The notes beneath the pieces are model-generated. The model saw only the letters and a list, made by a program, of their open reading frames with translations. It did not search any database and had not been told where the DNA came from. Below are positions 61,533 through 64,000 of a stretch of DNA of 64,000 nucleotides, piece by piece; the stretch's first letter is position 1, and the number at the start of each line of letters is the position of its first letter. The position numbers were made by a program, and so were the translations under genes. This DNA comes from an uncultured Nitrososphaerota archaeon. GTDB lineage: Archaea; Thermoproteota; Nitrososphaeria; Nitrososphaerales; Nitrosopumilaceae. The stretch lies in NCBI GenBank assembly GCA_963701075.1, contig OY969559.1, positions 1,408,001 through 1,472,000 on the forward strand, given 5' to 3'.

Positions 61533-63709
61533 TTGGTAAAAAAAGACGAGCTACTCCAGATGCGCGTTGGAGAAGCTAAGCAGAGAGACGTAGGCAAAAG
61601 ACGCGCCAGGATAGAACCTGAAGTTATGGAATTTTTAAAAGTTGAACCAGGAGATATGATAGAGATCGTAGGGAAAAAATCTGAGCTGTGCAATAGTATG
61701 GCCAGCAGACGATGATAACAAAGCACCAGACATGGTCAGAATAGATGGTCAGACAAGAAAGAATGTCGGTGTCGGAATAAACGATCTGGTCAATGTTAGA
61801 AAAGTTGTCGCAAAGCCAGCAAAAAGTGTAGTCTTGATGCCAGTTAATGGAAATGTTACAGTAGATAAGGAATTTACAGATTTTGTCAAAAACAGGCTAA
61901 AGGGTTTGCCCCTTTCTGAAGGAGATGAGATATCAGTGATGATTCTTGGAAATTCCATGGACTTTAAGATACACAAGATTTCACCAAAGAGCGTAGCCAA
62001 GATAGACCGTGGCACCGCACTTACCATTTTAACTGACACGTCGGTTGACAAAAAGGCACGGGTTACATACGAGGAGATAGGTGGACTTAGAGCACAGATA
62101 GACCGAATGCGTGAGATCGTAGAACTTCCATTAAAACATCCCGAAGTGTTCAGTAGATTAAACATAGAACCACATAGCGGAATTCTCTTGTATGGACCTC
62201 CAGGATGCGGAAAGACATTGATTGCAAAAGTACTTGCAAGTGAATCAGAGGCCAATTTCTATTCCATAAATGGTCCTGAGATAATGAACAAGTATTATGG
62301 AGAGACAGAGGCAAGACTTAGAGATATTTTCAAGGAAGCAAAAGACAATGCCCCAAGTGTAGTATTCATCGATGAAATTGATGCCATTGCTCCAAAAAGA
62401 GAAGAAGCTTACGGCGATGTTGAAAAAAGAGTGGTAGCTCGAGCTGTTGGCATTAATGGATGGCCTGACAGATAGAGGCAATGTCATCGTACTGGGGGCA
62501 ACAAACAGGCCAGAAAGCGTAGACCCCGCATTGAGAAGACCTGGCAGATTTGACAGAGAGATAGAAATCTCAGTACCAAATGCAGATGGCAGATTAGAGA
62601 TTTTACATATCCATACAAGAGGAATGCCTATTGCAGATGATGTTGACCTGAAGGTTCTTGCAGCAGAGCTTCATGGATACACAGGCGCCGATATCAAATC
62701 GCTTTGCAGAGAGGCAGCAATGAAAGCTCTTAGAGCATTTTTGCCAGAGATTGAGATGGAGACTGAAAAGATATCACCTGCAATATTGCAGAAGATGACC
62801 ATACGTCTTCAAGACTTTTACGATGCAACACACGAAATTGTTCCAACTGCAATGAGAGAGTTCTACGTCGAAAGTCCAAAAGTATGGTGGAAAGATGTAG
62901 GTGGACTAGATGACGCAAAAAGAACACTAAATGATAATTTGATTACAGCCATAAAGGAACCAGCAAAATTTCAAAAGATGGGCATCAAACCTCCAAAAGG
63001 CGCTTTGCTCTATGGACCTCCAGGATGCGGAAAGACAATGCTTGCAAGAGCACTTGCAACAGAAAGCGGTGGCAACATGATATTTGTCAGAGGAGCAGAG
63101 ATCTTGTCAAAATGGGTAGGTGAATCTGAAAAGGCAATAAGAGAGATTTTCAGAAAGGCAAAAGCATCATCACCATGCATTATAATTTTTGACGAACTTG
63201 ATTCGTTGGCAAGATCAAAATCACTTGAAGAAGGAGGAGGAGTTGGAGAAAGACTACTCAGCCAGTTGCTCACCGAGATGGAAGATGGCGGAGCTGCAAG
63301 AGTGATAGTTGTTGGAATTTCCAATAGACCGGATCTGATAGATCCCTCGTTGTTAAGACCCGGTCGCTTAGATTTGATACTCTTCATCCCGCCGCCTGAA
63401 GAAAAGGGAAGATTTGAGATAATTAAGACGCTTACACGACAGATGCCACTAACTGGAGATGTCGACTTGAAGGAGATTGCACTTTCAACAAAGGGATACA
63501 CAGGCGCTGACTTGGTAGCAGTATGCAGAGAGTCCGCAGTACAAGCAATGAGAAATAATACACCAAAAATCAGTAGCATGGACTTTGCCGCGGCATTAAA
63601 AGTCATCAAGCCTTCAATCACCAAAGGCGTTGAAGATTGGTATTCTGCAATCAAAGACAATATATCGTACGCATTACCCAAGCCAATTGACAAGGCATTT
63701 TATGGTTAG
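61533..63709 (+). CDS. cdc48: CDC48/p97-family AAA+ ATPase; two +1 frameshifts (~61683, ~62441), probably errors
   Basis: N domain RDVGK..RI, two GPPGCGKT Walker A motifs, RPGRFD and RPGRLD, spread over three ORFs. Confidence 0.95.
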
Positions 63710-63711
63710 AT

Positions 63712-64000
63712 ATGGCAACTATTCCTCTTAGAAATTCAGTATATGAAATAGTAAAAAACGCAGGCTCTATGACAGACTCTGAGCTCTCAAAGGCATTGAT
63801 AAAATCTGGAATTTCAATTCCTGAAGACGAATTCAACAAAACACTACTGAATCTCGAAATTTATGGCCTCATCAAGGTTACTTGGCTAACAAAAGACGAG
63901 AGAAGAATTGAGATTTATGAAAAAGAGGAAAACGAAGACGACATAGAAAAACAGAACAGGGAAAGCCTAGAAAAAGAATACGAAGCAGGATTCCCCGGTG
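63712..64000 (+). CDS. winged-helix-like hypothetical protein, runs off the window
   Basis: MATIPLRNSVYEIVK..FNKTLLNLEIYGLIKVTW; frame open to the window end. Confidence 0.7.
   Translation, partial: MATIPLRNSVYEIVKNAGSMTDSELSKALIKSGISIPEDEFNKTLLNLEIYGLIKVTWLTKDERRIEIYEKEENEDDIEKQNRESLEKEYEAGFPG

Noticed and set aside
63010-63693. Long antisense ORFs (e.g. 63010..63693, 61749..62255, 2266..2718, 47318..47773)
   Set aside because: They are shadows of well-supported genes on the opposite strand and have no motifs of their own.
2069-63709. Mass pseudogenisation or programmed frameshifting of nadK, rps26e, leuA, smc and cdc48
   Set aside because: These are conserved, often essential genes with no other decay and no slippery heptamers; the breaks follow a motif-specific error pattern.
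1-64000. CRISPR array, rRNA or complete tRNA genes
   Set aside because: No regularly spaced repeats, cas genes, rRNA or full cloverleaf was seen by eye; tRNAscan-SE and a CRISPR finder would confirm.

Overview
AT-rich chromosomal window from an ammonia-oxidising archaeon (Nitrososphaerota/Thaumarchaeota, most consistent with a Nitrosotalea-like lineage). The markers are thaumarchaeosortase, a PEFG-CTERM cupredoxin, Alba, S26e, EF-1beta, Cdc48 and Nre. Most of it is housekeeping: trpA, pyrG, ilvBH-leuA-leuB, aspS, smc, ino1, two deoxyhypusine-synthase-family genes, dinB, pth2 and cdc48. It also holds an intact IS5-family element, DDE-integrase remnants and a small accessory island (about 40.6-44.5 kb). 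Best observations: (1) two duplicated fluoride riboswitches, each with an RBS-sequestering hairpin; they control a 40-aa uORF coupled to a standalone TIR-domain protein and a large membrane-anchored protein, upstream of crcB/DUF190; (2) a Leu/Ile/Val-rich 20-aa leader peptide with an SD-occluding hairpin before ilvB, suggesting attenuation in an archaeon; (3) a roughly 260-nt structured non-coding region beside the SelB-like factor, plus a roughly 65-nt GC-rich RNA candidate; (4) a truncated CysRS paralog with a rewired metal site, overlapping a GNAT gene near ino1, reminiscent of MshC/MshD; (5) a probable PhaE-PhaC fusion. Ten +1 frameshifts and one in-frame TGA all sit in or beside AGCT/GATC motifs, so they are probably methylation-linked sequencing errors rather than pseudogenes. 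All calls come from reading the sequence; no searches were run.
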